From sequence record SRR20825019_1298: DNA of 64,000 bases; one strand, written 5' to 3'. Both the position numbers and the translations under genes were made by a program. Shown here in pieces: positions 32,397 through 44,071 of the stretch (position 1 is its first letter; each line of letters starts with the position of its first letter). The notes beneath the pieces are model-generated. The model was not told the origin of the DNA and did not search any database. It was given only the letters and a program-made list of their open reading frames with translations.

Positions 32397-33442
32397 TGAG
32401 TGACCTGTTGCCCGAAGAAATTACAGCACCCGTAAAAAGTTACGAACGGCACAGGAAAGTTTGGCTGCGGGCCATTGCTCTCTTCTTTGGCAACACTGGC
32501 ATGGCAGCTGCTGGCAATATGGCTTTCCTGACCATGTTGTCACTGTTTCCCTTCATCATCTTCCTTGTCGCGGTTTCGGGCTTTATGGGGCAGACAGAAC
32601 GCGGGCTTGAAGCCATTGCTTTCATGCTTTCCGTATTGCCGCCTGAGGTGGCAACCGTAGTTGATGGTCCTATCCGGGGTATTATCAAAAACACAGGCGC
32701 CGAAATACTTACCGGTTCCATCCTTTTTGCGATCTGGACCGCCGCAAACGGCGTAGAAGCCGCCCGCGAGGTCCTTATCAAGGCGTTCGGCAAAGAACAT
32801 GCCCGTGCCATGTGGATCAGACGGCTGGAAAGCCTTGGCATAGTTATCTTCGGTGCCATTACCGTTGTTATCGGCATGTCGGTACAAGTTTTAGGCCCAC
32901 CCCTTTTCAAGGCATTCACCAGCCTGTTTCCTGACGCAGTTTCCGAAGGCCTCGATGCCTTGTGGGGGTATTTGAGCCTGCTTGTAAGCCCGGCCGTGCT
33001 TGCGCTTGGGCTTTACACCATGTTTGCGGCCCTGACACCGCGGCGGGTTTACAAGCCGTCGCGCCTGCCCGGCACTCTCCTGAGCCTTGTGGTGTTGATT
33101 GCAACAGCGCGGGGGCTATCGGTCTACCTCAAGTACGCCGGAAACTATGACGTCACCTACGGGTCGCTGGCAGGCGTTGTTATCATGCAGCTCTTTTGTT
33201 TCCTCGTCAGCCTTGGTTTTGTTCTGGGAGCAGAGCTGAATGCCGCTTATACTTTCGAAGGTCGTGATAACAAAGAACCGGACAGCCTAGACACTCAGGA
33301 ACCTCCTGAGATGCCAGAAGACTATCGGGAACATATCGCAACCAGCGAAATAAACGCATCTGACGGAGATGGTGTGGCGGGTGACAGCACGGCACAACCA
33401 CCGACAGAAAGCGATAAAAGCAAGCCGCAACAAAGCGGTTAA
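32396..33442 (+). CDS. YihY/BrkB family membrane protein
   Basis: AF..MLSLFP, YGSLAGV, GAELNA. Confidence 0.92.
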   Translation: MSDLLPEEITAPVKSYERHRKVWLRAIALFFGNTGMAAAGNMAFLTMLSLFPFIIFLVAVSGFMGQTERGLEAIAFMLSVLPPEVATVVDGPIRGIIKNTGAEILTGSILFAIWTAANGVEAAREVLIKAFGKEHARAMWIRRLESLGIVIFGAITVVIGMSVQVLGPPLFKAFTSLFPDAVSEGLDALWGYLSLLVSPAVLALGLYTMFAALTPRRVYKPSRLPGTLLSLVVLIATARGLSVYLKYAGNYDVTYGSLAGVVIMQLFCFLVSLGFVLGAELNAAYTFEGRDNKEPDSLDTQEPPEMPEDYREHIATSEINASDGDGVAGDSTAQPPTESDKSKPQQSG

Positions 33443-33517
33443 AGCGATTGACGGCGGACATTCTTGGTGTAGGATGCGCCGAAATTTGAGCCTAACAGAT
33501 ATATAAAGGGGGCTATC

Positions 33518-34333
33518 ATGACAAAACTGATGGAAGGTAAACGCGGCCTTGTAATGGGTGTAGCGAACGACCGCTCAATGGCTTGGGGTATTGCCAAGGC
33601 ATGCGCCGAACAGGGCGCCGAGATTGCGTTCTCTTATCAGGGTGAAGCGCTTGAGAAGCGCGTGCGTCCTCTTGCACAGTCGATCGGTAGCGATTTCCTT
33701 GCCGAATGTGATGTATCAGACGGTGCTTCGATTGACGCGCTTTTTGAAACCATCGGTGAGCGCTGGGATAATCTTGATTTTATCGTGCATGCTATTGGTT
33801 ATTCAGACAAATCCGAGCTTCGTGGTCGTTATCTTGACACCTCGCTCAACAACTTTCTGATGACCATGAACATCTCCGCCTACAGCTTTGTAGCCGTGGC
33901 ACAGCGCGCAGAAAAACTGATGAACAACGGCGGCGCAATGCTGACCCTGTCCTACTACGGCGCTGAAAAAGTTGTTCCGCATTATAACGTTATGGGTGTT
34001 GCGAAAGCCGCCCTTGAGTGCAGCACCCGCTATATGGCGCGAGACCTTGGCGAGCAAAATATTCGTGTGAACTGCATCTCTGCAGGCCCAATGAAAACGC
34101 TGGCGGCATCCGGTGTTGGTGATTTCCGCATGCTTTTGAAGTATAATGAGAAAAATGCACCGCTTCGCCGCAACATCACGCTTGATGACGTGGCTGGTGC
34201 AGGTCTTTACCTGCTGTCGGACCTCTCGTCTGGCGTCACTGGCGAAACCCATTATGTGGATGGCGGTTTCAACACCACCTGTATGCCGACCGACGATGAC
34301 GTTATGAAAACTTTCATCTCTCTGCTCGACTAA
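33518..34333 (+). CDS. fabI: Enoyl-ACP reductase
   Basis: GVANDRSMAWGIA, YNVMGVAKAALE. Confidence 0.96.
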   Translation: MTKLMEGKRGLVMGVANDRSMAWGIAKACAEQGAEIAFSYQGEALEKRVRPLAQSIGSDFLAECDVSDGASIDALFETIGERWDNLDFIVHAIGYSDKSELRGRYLDTSLNNFLMTMNISAYSFVAVAQRAEKLMNNGGAMLTLSYYGAEKVVPHYNVMGVAKAALECSTRYMARDLGEQNIRVNCISAGPMKTLAASGVGDFRMLLKYNEKNAPLRRNITLDDVAGAGLYLLSDLSSGVTGETHYVDGGFNTTCMPTDDDVMKTFISLLD

Positions 34334-34355
34334 GCGGAAGTAACCGGAGGGCGCG

Positions 34356-35432
34356 ATGTCCTATAATACGTTTGGACGACTGTTTCGCTTCACCACATGG
34401 GGGGAAAGTCACGGACCCGCGCTTGGCGCAACGGTCGATGGCGTACCTCCCCTGCTGGAGATATCAGAAGCGGAAATCCAGACGTATCTCGACAAACGTA
34501 AACCCGGGCAAAACAAATATACCACCCAGCGCCGCGAACCAGATGCTGTCAGAATCCTGTCCGGGGTGTTTGAAGGCAAAACAACTGGCACGCCTGTGCA
34601 GTTGATAATCGAGAACACCGACCAACGCTCCAAGGATTATGGTGAGATTGCCAAAAGCTTCCGCCCCGGCCACGCCGACTATACCTATATGGCAAAATAT
34701 GGCATTCGCGATTACAGAGGCGGCGGACGCTCAAGCGCGCGGGAAACAGCTGCACGAGTTGCTGCCGGTGCTGTTGCACGCAAGGTACTAGGGGACGGCA
34801 TTACCATTCGCGCCGCGATGGTACAGATGGGCCGCACCAAGATAGACTATGCGCGTTTCGATTGGGCTGAAGTTAATAATAACCCCTTTTTCTGTCCCGA
34901 TGCAGAAACCGCCAAAACATGGGCCACTGAACTGGAAGCTATTCGTAAATCCGGCAGTTCTATTGGTGCTGTAATTGAAGTGGTAGCGGAGGGCGTACCT
35001 GCAGGCTGGGGCGCGCCGGTTTATGGCAAGCTGGACGCTGATCTCGCAACCGCGTTGATGAGCATCAACGCCGCCAAGGCCGTGGAAATTGGTGCTGGTT
35101 TTGAGGCTGCCTGCCTCACGGGCGAAGAAAACGCCGATGAAATGGTACCCGGCACGAACGGGAAACCGGACTTCCTATCCAACAAAGCAGGCGGCATACT
35201 CGGTGGTATTTCAACAGGGCAGCCAGTTGTGGCACGCTTTGCCGTAAAACCCACAAGCTCGATCCTGACACCACGCAAAAGCGTTAATCTGGACGGTGAA
35301 GCTACGGAAGTGGTTACCAAAGGCCGCCATGATCCTTGTGTCGGCATCCGCGCTGTTCCTATCGCAGAGGCCATGATGGCGCTTGTGCTCGCTGACCACA
35401 AGCTGCTTCACCGCGCCCAATGCGGCGAATAA
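34356..35432 (+). CDS. aroC: Chorismate synthase
   Basis: GESHG, RPGHAD, RSSARET, GRHDPC. Confidence 0.98.
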   Translation: MSYNTFGRLFRFTTWGESHGPALGATVDGVPPLLEISEAEIQTYLDKRKPGQNKYTTQRREPDAVRILSGVFEGKTTGTPVQLIIENTDQRSKDYGEIAKSFRPGHADYTYMAKYGIRDYRGGGRSSARETAARVAAGAVARKVLGDGITIRAAMVQMGRTKIDYARFDWAEVNNNPFFCPDAETAKTWATELEAIRKSGSSIGAVIEVVAEGVPAGWGAPVYGKLDADLATALMSINAAKAVEIGAGFEAACLTGEENADEMVPGTNGKPDFLSNKAGGILGGISTGQPVVARFAVKPTSSILTPRKSVNLDGEATEVVTKGRHDPCVGIRAVPIAEAMMALVLADHKLLHRAQCGE

Positions 35433-36085
35433 CGCCGATATAGCGCTCCTGCAACTGTCACCCCCATCACCAAGGGCATAAGCCACCAGCTTGGGCTTTC
35501 CATCGCCCACAATAGCGCGCCGCGCAAAATCGCCCACGTGGCAGGTGCCAGATAGAGAAGCCAGTGACTTCGTGACGCTGCAAGTAAAAGCGAGCAGGTG
35601 GCCAAGACAGTGGCATCAGGCGTGAGCCAAACCATCTCTTCCATCGCCATCTCCCTACCCTCAACAATAGCAAGCCCGGGGACCAGCAGAGGAATACCAA
35701 CAAACAAGGCAAGCCCAATAAGCCTTATGCCGTACGGTCTGTCGGTGAAGCTCAGACGACCACTAACTACGCCGACTATTAAAAGCAGTGCTTCAAACAC
35801 GAATAAGCCAGAGAAATAGGGTGCAGCCCAGCTGATGGTGGCGTAATAGCTTTGGAAATAGACAATGGCCGCCCAGAGCCAGCCAGCGGCCACGATCACG
35901 CCGACGGCCAACCCTGACCATTGTTTCGGGCGATAGATCAGGCCGATGACAACAAAACTGAGAATAAGGGCCACAAAATGTAGCGGCCATATCGCCTCAT
36001 TATATCGCGCCAGAAGGCGGTAATAAATTTCCGGTGAATACATCAGGAAATCGCTGATGCTATAGCTCAACAGGTCTTCCATCAA
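35408..36085 (-). CDS. Membrane protein (DUF6064-like)
   Basis: YNEAIWP motif, about 7 TMs, coupled to the aldo/keto reductase gene. Confidence 0.75.
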   Translation of the reverse strand: MMEDLLSYSISDFLMYSPEIYYRLLARYNEAIWPLHFVALILSFVVIGLIYRPKQWSGLAVGVIVAAGWLWAAIVYFQSYYATISWAAPYFSGLFVFEALLLIVGVVSGRLSFTDRPYGIRLIGLALFVGIPLLVPGLAIVEGREMAMEEMVWLTPDATVLATCSLLLAASRSHWLLYLAPATWAILRGALLWAMESPSWWLMPLVMGVTVAGALYRRYSPHWAR

Positions 36086-37008
36086 AGGTCTTCTATATAT
36101 GCCACCATGCGACGGCGCAGGTTTGGCTCAGGCAACTCACCTGTGCAGGCCGCCATATTCTCCTGAACATGATCGACACGGGTCGTGGCAGGTATCGCGC
36201 AGGTAAGCGCCGGGTGAGAGATGATATATTTGAGTGCAAAATCTGCCCAAGTCTGCAACCCAGCCTCTGTGGCCCAGTTGGGAAGCGGCTCCCTTTTGAG
36301 CGCCCTGATCAGCCGCCCGCCTTGATAGGGCCGGTTTGCGATCACAGCAACACCTCGCTCCTGCGCGAGTGGCAACAACCGATTTTCAGCGTCTTGATCG
36401 GCAAGGTTATAGGTTAGCTGCACAAAATCGATCGTCTGAGAGGAAAGGATGTTCTCGAGCTCCCGGTGCCGCCTGCCATGCGACGTGGTGACCCCAATGT
36501 AACGCAAGGCGCCAGCCTGCTTCATCTCACGCAGCATAGGCAGATGTTGCTGCCAATCCACAAGATTATGAACCTGCACCAAAGAGAACTGGTTGATGCC
36601 CCAATGGCGGGTGCTTTCTGCAATCTGGCTCTCGCCATCACCGCTGGTCCAGACCTTATCAGCTGCGATCAGCCCCTCTGGCCGACCAAGGGCGTTTAGC
36701 CCAAAGCCAATTGTGCTTTGGCTTGAGCCATACATGGGTGAGCTGTCGATAAGCCGCCCACCGGCCTCAAAAAAGGCCTTCATCACCTCTGTGGAACGCG
36801 CCAGTCCGGTCGGGTCATCGCCTACATTAAAGGTAATCCAGCTACCCAAGCCAACGGCTGGCAAGGCTTCACCACTTGCAGGCACTGTTTTTACAATTCT
36901 CTCCAACGCTTTCAGCGGATAGTTCAAGGCAAACGGAAGCATAGCCGTGGCCAATGCCGACTTCAGGAAAACCCTTCGCGTTCGCTCGGCCTCTATTCCA
37001 GCTTTCAT
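36082..37008 (-). CDS. Aldo/keto reductase with twin-arginine-like N-terminus
   Basis: GLGSW, IDSSPMYG, QVHNL, IPAT. N-terminal TRRVFLK. Confidence 0.92.
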   Translation of the reverse strand: MKAGIEAERTRRVFLKSALATAMLPFALNYPLKALERIVKTVPASGEALPAVGLGSWITFNVGDDPTGLARSTEVMKAFFEAGGRLIDSSPMYGSSQSTIGFGLNALGRPEGLIAADKVWTSGDGESQIAESTRHWGINQFSLVQVHNLVDWQQHLPMLREMKQAGALRYIGVTTSHGRRHRELENILSSQTIDFVQLTYNLADQDAENRLLPLAQERGVAVIANRPYQGGRLIRALKREPLPNWATEAGLQTWADFALKYIISHPALTCAIPATTRVDHVQENMAACTGELPEPNLRRRMVAYIEDL

Positions 37009-37149
37009 AGCGTTTCCTCTATAATTTCATTATATAATAACATAATTATAGAAAATGCTCATGTGCCCATTGGTTTATTCCCCCGGTGGCTCTATCGCTA
37101 GCTTTGCCTGCATAACTGAGCTACCCTTCGCGCGATCAAGGGGAAGTAT

Positions 37150-38166
37150 ATGGCTAAATGGCTCAAATACGGGGTGGCTGCACTTGTGCTGGCCCTAGCG
37201 CTCATTGTCTACTGGGCGTGGACACCGGACATTCCCCACGAAGTGCTGGCAGAGAAATACGCGACCGGTGCCTCTGATTTCCTTGAACTGCCGTCAGGCG
37301 CGCGCGCCCACATTCGTACACGCGGTAATTTTGAAGGCAAAACACTTATTCTGCTGCATGGTTCAAACGCTTCTCTGCATACGTGGGAGCCTTGGGTTGA
37401 TGCGCTGGACGCCGATTATTTCATCGTCACTGTCGACCTGCCCGGCCATGGCCTCACAGGTGCAACGCCTTCGGAAGACTATACATACAACGGCATGGTA
37501 GCTTTTGTTGATGAGCTTGTAGAAACGCTCAACCTCGAGAATTTTGTTCTGGGCGGTAACTCAATGGGCGGCGGTGTCACCCTCGCCTATGCGCTCCAGC
37601 ATCCGGGAAAACCGGACGGGCTGATCCTTGTTGATGCTGTAGGCATTCCCGTGCCCGAGAACACCCGCGTTGAAACAAGTCGCCCGCTCGCGTTTGACCT
37701 TGCGGGCCATTGGTATAGCGACTGGATTTTGGAAAATATCACGCCGCGCAGCATCGTTGAGGAAGGCTTGAAGAAGTGCTTCTTTGACAATAGCAATGTC
37801 ACGGAAGCTAAAATCACCCTATATTGGGAGCTGGCGCGCCACCCTGGCAACCGCGGAGCTACCGGCAAACGTTTTGCCTGGTACCGCGATGGCCGGTCCT
37901 CGTTGGACATCACCCCGATCAAGCTGCCTACGCTCATTCTGTGGGGGGAAGAAGACAGCCTTATCCCGGTGGAGACTGGGACACAGATGCATCAGATGAT
38001 AGAGGGCAGCGAACTGATCACCTACCCCGAGGTCGGCCACCTGCCGATGGAGGAAATCCCGGCCATTTCTGCAAATGCCGTCCGCACGTTTCTCAACCAG
38101 TTTACGGCCCCCGCTCCCGTTGAACCTGATAACAGCGCTGAGTTGGAAGCCGAGGTCAGTAATTAG
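37150..38166 (+). CDS. Membrane-anchored alpha/beta hydrolase
   Basis: LLHG, DLPGHG, GNSMGG, WGEED, GHLPMEE. Confidence 0.92.
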   Translation: MAKWLKYGVAALVLALALIVYWAWTPDIPHEVLAEKYATGASDFLELPSGARAHIRTRGNFEGKTLILLHGSNASLHTWEPWVDALDADYFIVTVDLPGHGLTGATPSEDYTYNGMVAFVDELVETLNLENFVLGGNSMGGGVTLAYALQHPGKPDGLILVDAVGIPVPENTRVETSRPLAFDLAGHWYSDWILENITPRSIVEEGLKKCFFDNSNVTEAKITLYWELARHPGNRGATGKRFAWYRDGRSSLDITPIKLPTLILWGEEDSLIPVETGTQMHQMIEGSELITYPEVGHLPMEEIPAISANAVRTFLNQFTAPAPVEPDNSAELEAEVSN

Positions 38167-38747
38167 TCTTCAGTGGTTTTCTGCGAGCTGCACATTTTTA
38201 CCTGCAGCGGCCTAGCGCGCCGATTACTGGCCATCCAGCATTCCTTGTATAGTGAGCAATAACAAACACTTACAACAAGGTTTTCTGAAAATTTGCGAAG
38301 AAGCGCGGCGTTCTCAGGCATGGTATCCAGCTTGATGGGCACAAGGCTTTCACCTGCGGGAATGAAGGTGCCTGCAGTGGCCGCTGAAAGTGTCACACCG
38401 TCAACGTTGCGCTTATCACCTGCAATATGGACCTGATCATCGGTGCCGCTAGCAATGATCTCCTGCCATCCGCGTGCGGAACTACCTTCCACCTCAACTG
38501 AAAAGCCTTCCAACACTGCCGGGCCGATACCCTGATTAACCAACCCAACGCTGAAACTGCCCTCGGTGTCGCCAATGTGACTGCCGGTATACACAAGCAC
38601 CGCAGGCATAACTGAGAGGCGCTGATGCTCACGTTCCATCATCGCTTCTTCGCGCATGACCTGAGTTTGCAGTATAGCCACAACAACAGCTGCAACGGCG
38701 GTAACCATCGCCGTTATGGAAACCAGAACTTCCAGTTTGATTTTCAA
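38163..38747 (-). CDS. Hypothetical membrane-anchored protein
   Basis: N-terminal TM, NQGIGPA, C-terminal CYCSLYKECW. Fills the gap between genes. Confidence 0.75.
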   Translation of the reverse strand: MKIKLEVLVSITAMVTAVAAVVVAILQTQVMREEAMMEREHQRLSVMPAVLVYTGSHIGDTEGSFSVGLVNQGIGPAVLEGFSVEVEGSSARGWQEIIASGTDDQVHIAGDKRNVDGVTLSAATAGTFIPAGESLVPIKLDTMPENAALLRKFSENLVVSVCYCSLYKECWMASNRRARPLQVKMCSSQKTTED

Positions 38748-38762
38748 GCTAGCCTCCCCGCT

Positions 38763-40046
38763 CTACAATCTTCTAGTGAAAACACCCACAAGCTCAAGGT
38801 GCGGAGACCAAAGGAACTGGTCAACCGGCAAAACGCTTTCAAGCATATAACCGCCATCGACCAAAGTGCGGGCATCCCGGCTGAAGGTATTGGGGTTGCA
38901 CGATACCGCCACAACGCGGGAAACGCCCGACTTTGCAATCTCAGCAACCTGTGCCGACGCACCCGCTCGAGGTGGATCAAAAACAACCGCGTCAAAAATC
39001 TTCAGCTCATCTGCGGTGAGCGGCCTGCGGAACAAATCCCGATGCCGGGGAATAATCTGCTTAAAGCCGTCCGCAATATTTGCGGCGGCGGACAGCGCGT
39101 CAAGCGGCCTCTTGGCACCTTCAGCCGCCAAAACCTGATGCTCACGCGCAAGCGGGAAGGTGAATGTACCAATACCGCAGAAAAGATCGGCAACCCTGCC
39201 AAGGCCCTTACAGGCGTCTACCACAGCCGCTGTCAGCGCCAACTCGCCTTCGTCAGTGGCCTGAACAAAGCTTGCAGGCGGCAAAAGCACCCGCGCGCCA
39301 GCAAAATTCATCACAGGTTCCCGCCGGATGGCAACCGGGTCCAGGAAACCCTGTTCCTGCCAATGCAGCGCGGCAATGTCATGCTCGTTCGCAAAATCGC
39401 TCAGGCGTTCCCGATCTGCGAGATCAAGCGCTTTGGGTGCCTCAATCAGCATATCAATGCCGCTTGCCGTCAGCGTCATATGCACGGTTGCCGCCATGCG
39501 TTGGCTGAGGATCGGGCCTAACAAATCGCGAAGCGGGGTAAAGAGCGTGGTCAGCTCAACCCGTGTCACGGGGCACATATCCGCGTTGATAATTCGGTGG
39601 CTTTGGCGCTCGTTAAAACCAAGCACCACACCAGCTGCTGTCTTCAAGGCTTTAAGGGCCACACGCCTTCGGCTGGATTTTGGGCTGATCGCGGGCTCAA
39701 GAACAAGCACATCGTCGAAACCATGCTGCCTGAGCGCCATAAGCGCCCGCTCGCGCACCCAGTTTTCATAGGTGTCGTCCCCAAAAAATTGCAATTGGCA
39801 GCCGCCACAGGCGCCAAAATGCACGCACGCGGGCTCCTGCCTCACCCTGCTCGGCGTCAAAATCTCAACAAGGTCACAATAAAGGCCGTTGCGGCGAGTC
39901 TCCAACACCTTGGCACGCACCCGGTCCCCCGGCATGCTGAAGGGGACAAAAACCGGTGTGCCGTCATACTCACCAACCCCGTCACCCTGGGCACCAAGGC
40001 TGGTGATGTCCACCTCCATTATGTCAGCCACACTGTTTCTCGCCAT
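38763..40046 (-). CDS. rlmD: 23S rRNA m5U methyltransferase (RlmD/TrmA family)
   Basis: TRAM domain, CVHFGACGGC, FVQ, DLFCGIG, DPPRAG, VSCNP. Confidence 0.88.
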   Translation of the reverse strand: MARNSVADIMEVDITSLGAQGDGVGEYDGTPVFVPFSMPGDRVRAKVLETRRNGLYCDLVEILTPSRVRQEPACVHFGACGGCQLQFFGDDTYENWVRERALMALRQHGFDDVLVLEPAISPKSSRRRVALKALKTAAGVVLGFNERQSHRIINADMCPVTRVELTTLFTPLRDLLGPILSQRMAATVHMTLTASGIDMLIEAPKALDLADRERLSDFANEHDIAALHWQEQGFLDPVAIRREPVMNFAGARVLLPPASFVQATDEGELALTAAVVDACKGLGRVADLFCGIGTFTFPLAREHQVLAAEGAKRPLDALSAAANIADGFKQIIPRHRDLFRRPLTADELKIFDAVVFDPPRAGASAQVAEIAKSGVSRVVAVSCNPNTFSRDARTLVDGGYMLESVLPVDQFLWSPHLELVGVFTRRL

Positions 40047-40770
40047 ATATCAGGAACTCAATGTTGCCCTCTGGGCCTTTTATGGGGCTTTCGGTAATAC
40101 CAACAGCCCGCCAGCCTTCAAGGCCACCCAGCCAGGCACGAATATCATCGCACACCGCCGTGTGAAGCGCCGGGTCGCGCACCACCCCGCCCTTGCCAAC
40201 ATTCTCTCGTCCCACCTCAAACTGAGGTTTGATAAGCGCTATCAGCTTGCCGCTCTCTTTCACCAAAGCAAGTGCTGCGGGCAAGACTGTTTTGAGCGAA
40301 ATAAAGCTGGCATCACACACCACCATATCTATGGGCTCGGGAATTTCGGCCTCCGTCAGGTAACGCGCATTGGTTTTCTCAAGCACGACAACACGCTCGT
40401 CATTCCTGAGTTTCCAGGCAAGCTGGCCGGAGCCCACATCAACCGCATAAACACGCGACGCACCATTTGTCAGAGCCACATCCGTAAAACCACCTGTTGA
40501 CGACCCCACATCAATGACAACAGCGCCGGCGACATCCACGTCAAACTCAACCAGCCCTTTTTCGAGCTTCAACCCACCCCGGCTTACCCAAGGGTGATCT
40601 TTCCCGCGCACATCAAGAGGCTGGTCATCTTTAATCTGCTGCCCAGCCTTCAGAATCTTGCTTTCGCCAGAAAACACCACGCCTGCCATAATCAGCGCTT
40701 GCGCTTTGGCACGGCTTTCAACAAGGCCCCGGTTCACCAGCGCTACATCAGCCCGGATTTTTGCGGCCAT
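40024..40770 (-). CDS. tlyA: TlyA family rRNA 2'-O-methyltransferase
   Basis: S4 domain, VSRGGLKL, DVGSSTGGFT, KPQFE. Confidence 0.96.
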   Translation of the reverse strand: MAAKIRADVALVNRGLVESRAKAQALIMAGVVFSGESKILKAGQQIKDDQPLDVRGKDHPWVSRGGLKLEKGLVEFDVDVAGAVVIDVGSSTGGFTDVALTNGASRVYAVDVGSGQLAWKLRNDERVVVLEKTNARYLTEAEIPEPIDMVVCDASFISLKTVLPAALALVKESGKLIALIKPQFEVGRENVGKGGVVRDPALHTAVCDDIRAWLGGLEGWRAVGITESPIKGPEGNIEFLIYGEKQCG

Positions 40771-40789
40771 ATCGTTTAGTCCCTAAGTC

Positions 40790-42751
40790 TTAGGCTTTGT
40801 TTGCGGCAGCTTCGGCGGCGCTATCGCCAAGGTCGTTGCGGCCGAGCGCCTTCAGCACCGTTGCAACGATGCCTGAAGCATTGAGCCCGGCATCCTCATA
40901 CATCTGCTCAGGTTTGCCGTGATCCTGGAAGGTGTCCGGCAGCTTCATGGCGCGGACCTTCAGGTTACCGTCCAATATGCCTTCTTCAGCGAGGAAATCC
41001 ATCACATGCGCACCAAAGCCGCCGATGGAACCTTCTTCAAGCGTGATCACGAGGTCGTGGCTCGCTGCCAAATCACGAATAAGCTGCTCATCAACCGGTT
41101 TTGCAAACCGAGCATCAGCCACAGTGGTAGAAAGGCCTCTTGCATCAAGCTCTTCCGCCGCTTTCATTGCTTCGCCAAGCCGTGCGCCGAGCGAGATAAT
41201 CGCAACCTTGCTGCCCTTTTTGACGATACGGCCTTTACCGATCTCCAGCACCTTGCCTTCTTTGGGCAATTCCACACCGGAACCTTCACCGCGCGGATAC
41301 CGAACAGCGGAAGGCCGATCATCAATCGCATGCGCAGTTGCTACCATATGCATCAGTTCAGCTTCATCCGCCGCAGCCATCACCACCATGTTGGGCAGGC
41401 TCGCCAGGTAGGTCACATCAAAACTACCGGCATGTGTCGGGCCGTCAGCGCCCACGAGCCCTGCACGGTCAATAGCAAAACGAACGGGCAGCTTCTGGAC
41501 CGCCACATCATGCACAATCTGGTCATAAGCGCGCTGTAAGAAGGTGGAATAGATCGCAACAAACGGCTTGTAGCCCTCTGTGGCCATACCAGCCGCGAAG
41601 GTAACCGCGTGCTGTTCCGCGATGCCCACATCAAATGTGCGGTCAGGGAAATCCTTACCAAACTTGTCGAGGCCTGTGCCAGATGGCATCGCCGCCGTGA
41701 TAGCAACAACCTTTTCGTCTTTCTCCGCAACCTGGGTCAGTGCTTTTGCGAAAATATTGGTGAAGGTTGGCGCGCTTGGTACCGATTTTTTCTTCTCACC
41801 CGTTACCACATTAAACTGTGGCACTGCGTGATATTTTTCCTGATTTGGCTCTTCAAACGGGTGCCCGCGGCCCTTTTCTGTCACCACATGCACAAGGATT
41901 GGGCCGTCGATCGCGTCCCGCACGTTCTCAAGCACTGGCAGCAGGTGTTCCATATTGTGGCCGTCAATCGGTCCCACATAATAAAACCCAAGCTCATCAA
42001 ACAATGTACCGCCGCCTGCGGCCATACCACGGGCATATTCTTCAGCCTGACGCGCGCGATCAGCCAAAGGCCTTGGCAGCATGGCGATCATTTTTTTGCC
42101 AAAGTCTCTGAGGCTCAGGAACGGGCGCGAACTGATAATTTTTGCCAGATAAGCGCTAAGCGCGCCAACCGCTGGCGCAATCGACATATCATTGTCGTTC
42201 AGAATCACAATAAGCTGATTGCCTGCCTGCTCGGCATTGTTCATGGCTTCATAGGCCATGCCTGCGCTCATGGCGCCGTCACCAATCACGGCAATTGCCT
42301 TGCCCTTCTTGCCAGACATCTTGTTGGCAACCGCCATACCAAGTGCCGCGCTGATAGACGTGGACGAATGGCCCGCGCCGAAGGGGTCAAAATCGCTTTC
42401 ACCACGCTTGGTGAAAGGTGACAAGCCCTCAGGCTGGCGGATCGTACGGATACGGTCGCGGCGGCCGGTCAAAATCTTGTGGGGATAGGCCTGGTGCCCT
42501 ACGTCCCAGATCAGCCTGTCCTCAGGCGTGTTGAACACATAATGAAGCGCTACGGTAAGCTCAACCACACCAAGCCCCGCACCAAAATGGCCACCGGTGA
42601 CAGACACCGCGTTGATCATTTCTTCACGCAGTTCGTCCGCGACTTGCCGCAGCTTATTGGCTGGCAACTTACGCAGTTCTTCCGGCGTGTGGATCGTGTC
42701 CAGCAATGGCGTTTCAGGTCGTACGCTCAACTTCTTATCCTTCTTCGGCAT
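40790..42751 (-). CDS. dxs: 1-deoxy-D-xylulose-5-phosphate synthase
   Basis: [22 protein letters not shown]. Confidence 0.98.
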   Translation of the reverse strand: MPKKDKKLSVRPETPLLDTIHTPEELRKLPANKLRQVADELREEMINAVSVTGGHFGAGLGVVELTVALHYVFNTPEDRLIWDVGHQAYPHKILTGRRDRIRTIRQPEGLSPFTKRGESDFDPFGAGHSSTSISAALGMAVANKMSGKKGKAIAVIGDGAMSAGMAYEAMNNAEQAGNQLIVILNDNDMSIAPAVGALSAYLAKIISSRPFLSLRDFGKKMIAMLPRPLADRARQAEEYARGMAAGGGTLFDELGFYYVGPIDGHNMEHLLPVLENVRDAIDGPILVHVVTEKGRGHPFEEPNQEKYHAVPQFNVVTGEKKKSVPSAPTFTNIFAKALTQVAEKDEKVVAITAAMPSGTGLDKFGKDFPDRTFDVGIAEQHAVTFAAGMATEGYKPFVAIYSTFLQRAYDQIVHDVAVQKLPVRFAIDRAGLVGADGPTHAGSFDVTYLASLPNMVVMAAADEAELMHMVATAHAIDDRPSAVRYPRGEGSGVELPKEGKVLEIGKGRIVKKGSKVAIISLGARLGEAMKAAEELDARGLSTTVADARFAKPVDEQLIRDLAASHDLVITLEEGSIGGFGAHVMDFLAEEGILDGNLKVRAMKLPDTFQDHGKPEQMYEDAGLNASGIVATVLKALGRNDLGDSAAEAAANKA

Positions 42752-42791
42752 CGGCCTTAATGTATTTATAGTATTCTTTAGCCGATGGCGC

Positions 42792-43688
42792 CTAGGTACG
42801 TCGATTTATAGCAAAATGCGCGACAGCGCGCAAAAGCGATGCTTTATCATCGAAGCCCGCCAAATGTTCAATAGCTTGATCAGATAGCATTTGCGCCTGC
42901 TGACGGGCGCGCTCAACACCCATCAGGCTCACAAGCGTTGCTTTACCGGCCTGGGCATCCTTGCCGACAGCCTTACCAAGCTCGTTCTCGCATCCTTCAA
43001 CGTCCAGAAGGTCGTCCGCTATCTGGAACGCAAGCCCCAAATCGCGGGCGTAGCCATGCAGCGATGACCGAGCCTGTTTGCCTGCGTGGCCCATTACCGC
43101 ACCAGCCTCTGCGGAAAAACTGATCAATGCACCGGTTTTCATCTGTTGCAGACGATGCACAAACATTTCGTCCATGTCATGCTCGTCTGCTGTCAGGTCG
43201 ATCATCTGCCCACCGACCATACCGTGATGGCCGGACGCGCGAGCAAGCTCCCGCACAAGCTCAAGCCGCACGTAGGGGTCCGGGTGGGTTTCTTCCTTTG
43301 ACAGCATCTCAAAAGCAACACTCATGAGGGCGTCACCCGCCAAAATGGCGGTCGCCTCATCAAACGCCTTATGCACTGTGGGTTGCCCTCGGCGCAGGTC
43401 ATCGTCATCCATCGCTGGCAGATCATCATGAATGAGGGAATAACAGTGAACGCATTCAACAGCCGCCGCAACGCGCAGCGCTTGCGCACGGTCGACATCA
43501 AAAAGTTCCGCGCTTGCAAGCACCAGAAATGGCCGCAATCGCTTGCCACCTGAGAATATCGAATACCGCATGGCTTCAACCACACGGTCTTCAGGGCCAC
43601 CGGTTAGCGCGATGATAGGATCAAGAACACGTTCAATTGCGCCAGAAGTGGCCGCAAGTGCTTCTTTCAGGGGACCATTGTCTTCCAC
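42792..43688 (-). CDS. ispA: Farnesyl diphosphate synthase
   Basis: [30 protein letters not shown]. xseB-ispA-dxs synteny. Confidence 0.95.
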   Translation of the reverse strand: MEDNGPLKEALAATSGAIERVLDPIIALTGGPEDRVVEAMRYSIFSGGKRLRPFLVLASAELFDVDRAQALRVAAAVECVHCYSLIHDDLPAMDDDDLRRGQPTVHKAFDEATAILAGDALMSVAFEMLSKEETHPDPYVRLELVRELARASGHHGMVGGQMIDLTADEHDMDEMFVHRLQQMKTGALISFSAEAGAVMGHAGKQARSSLHGYARDLGLAFQIADDLLDVEGCENELGKAVGKDAQAGKATLVSLMGVERARQQAQMLSDQAIEHLAGFDDKASLLRAVAHFAINRRT

Positions 43689-43699
43689 GAGAGCCCCGC

Positions 43700-43957
43700 T
43701 TATTCTACGTCAAGCGGCGCGGTGCCAGCCGCATTGCCGGAGGAATCAAGCGTGATCTTCTCGATCTTGGCTTGTGCATCCTTCAGCTTGGCTTCGCAGT
43801 GTGCCTTCAGGGCAGTGCCTCGGGTATAGAGTTCGATAGACTGTTCAAGCGACGCGTTACCGGACTCAAGCTTGGCCACCACTTGCTCCAGTGCGCCCAT
43901 TGCCTGCTCGAAGCTCATGGCTTCAAGGTCCGTGTTATTGTCCGCTGTATCGCCCAT
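43700..43957 (-). CDS. xseB: Exodeoxyribonuclease VII small subunit
   Basis: SFEQAM..LE.VV.KLESG..SLEQSI. Confidence 0.95.
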   Translation of the reverse strand: MGDTADNNTDLEAMSFEQAMGALEQVVAKLESGNASLEQSIELYTRGTALKAHCEAKLKDAQAKIEKITLDSSGNAAGTAPLDVE

Positions 43958-44071
43958 GCGTTCCACCTTAGTTCTGTCAAACCTATACTGATCACAAAAT
44001 ATGCCGCTGTTATAGGCCCGCTAACTACAGGACGCAAAGATTATTGCTGCGAATGTTTCTCAATAACTGCC

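Noticed and set aside
35408-35432. Convergent overlap of aroC and the membrane protein gene (also tlyA/rlmD overlap at 40024-40046)
   Set aside because: Short overlaps are common in compact genomes, and there is no sign of a frameshift.
37021-37050. Second Zur box
   Set aside because: Half-site spacing does not fit and the flanking genes are not metal related.
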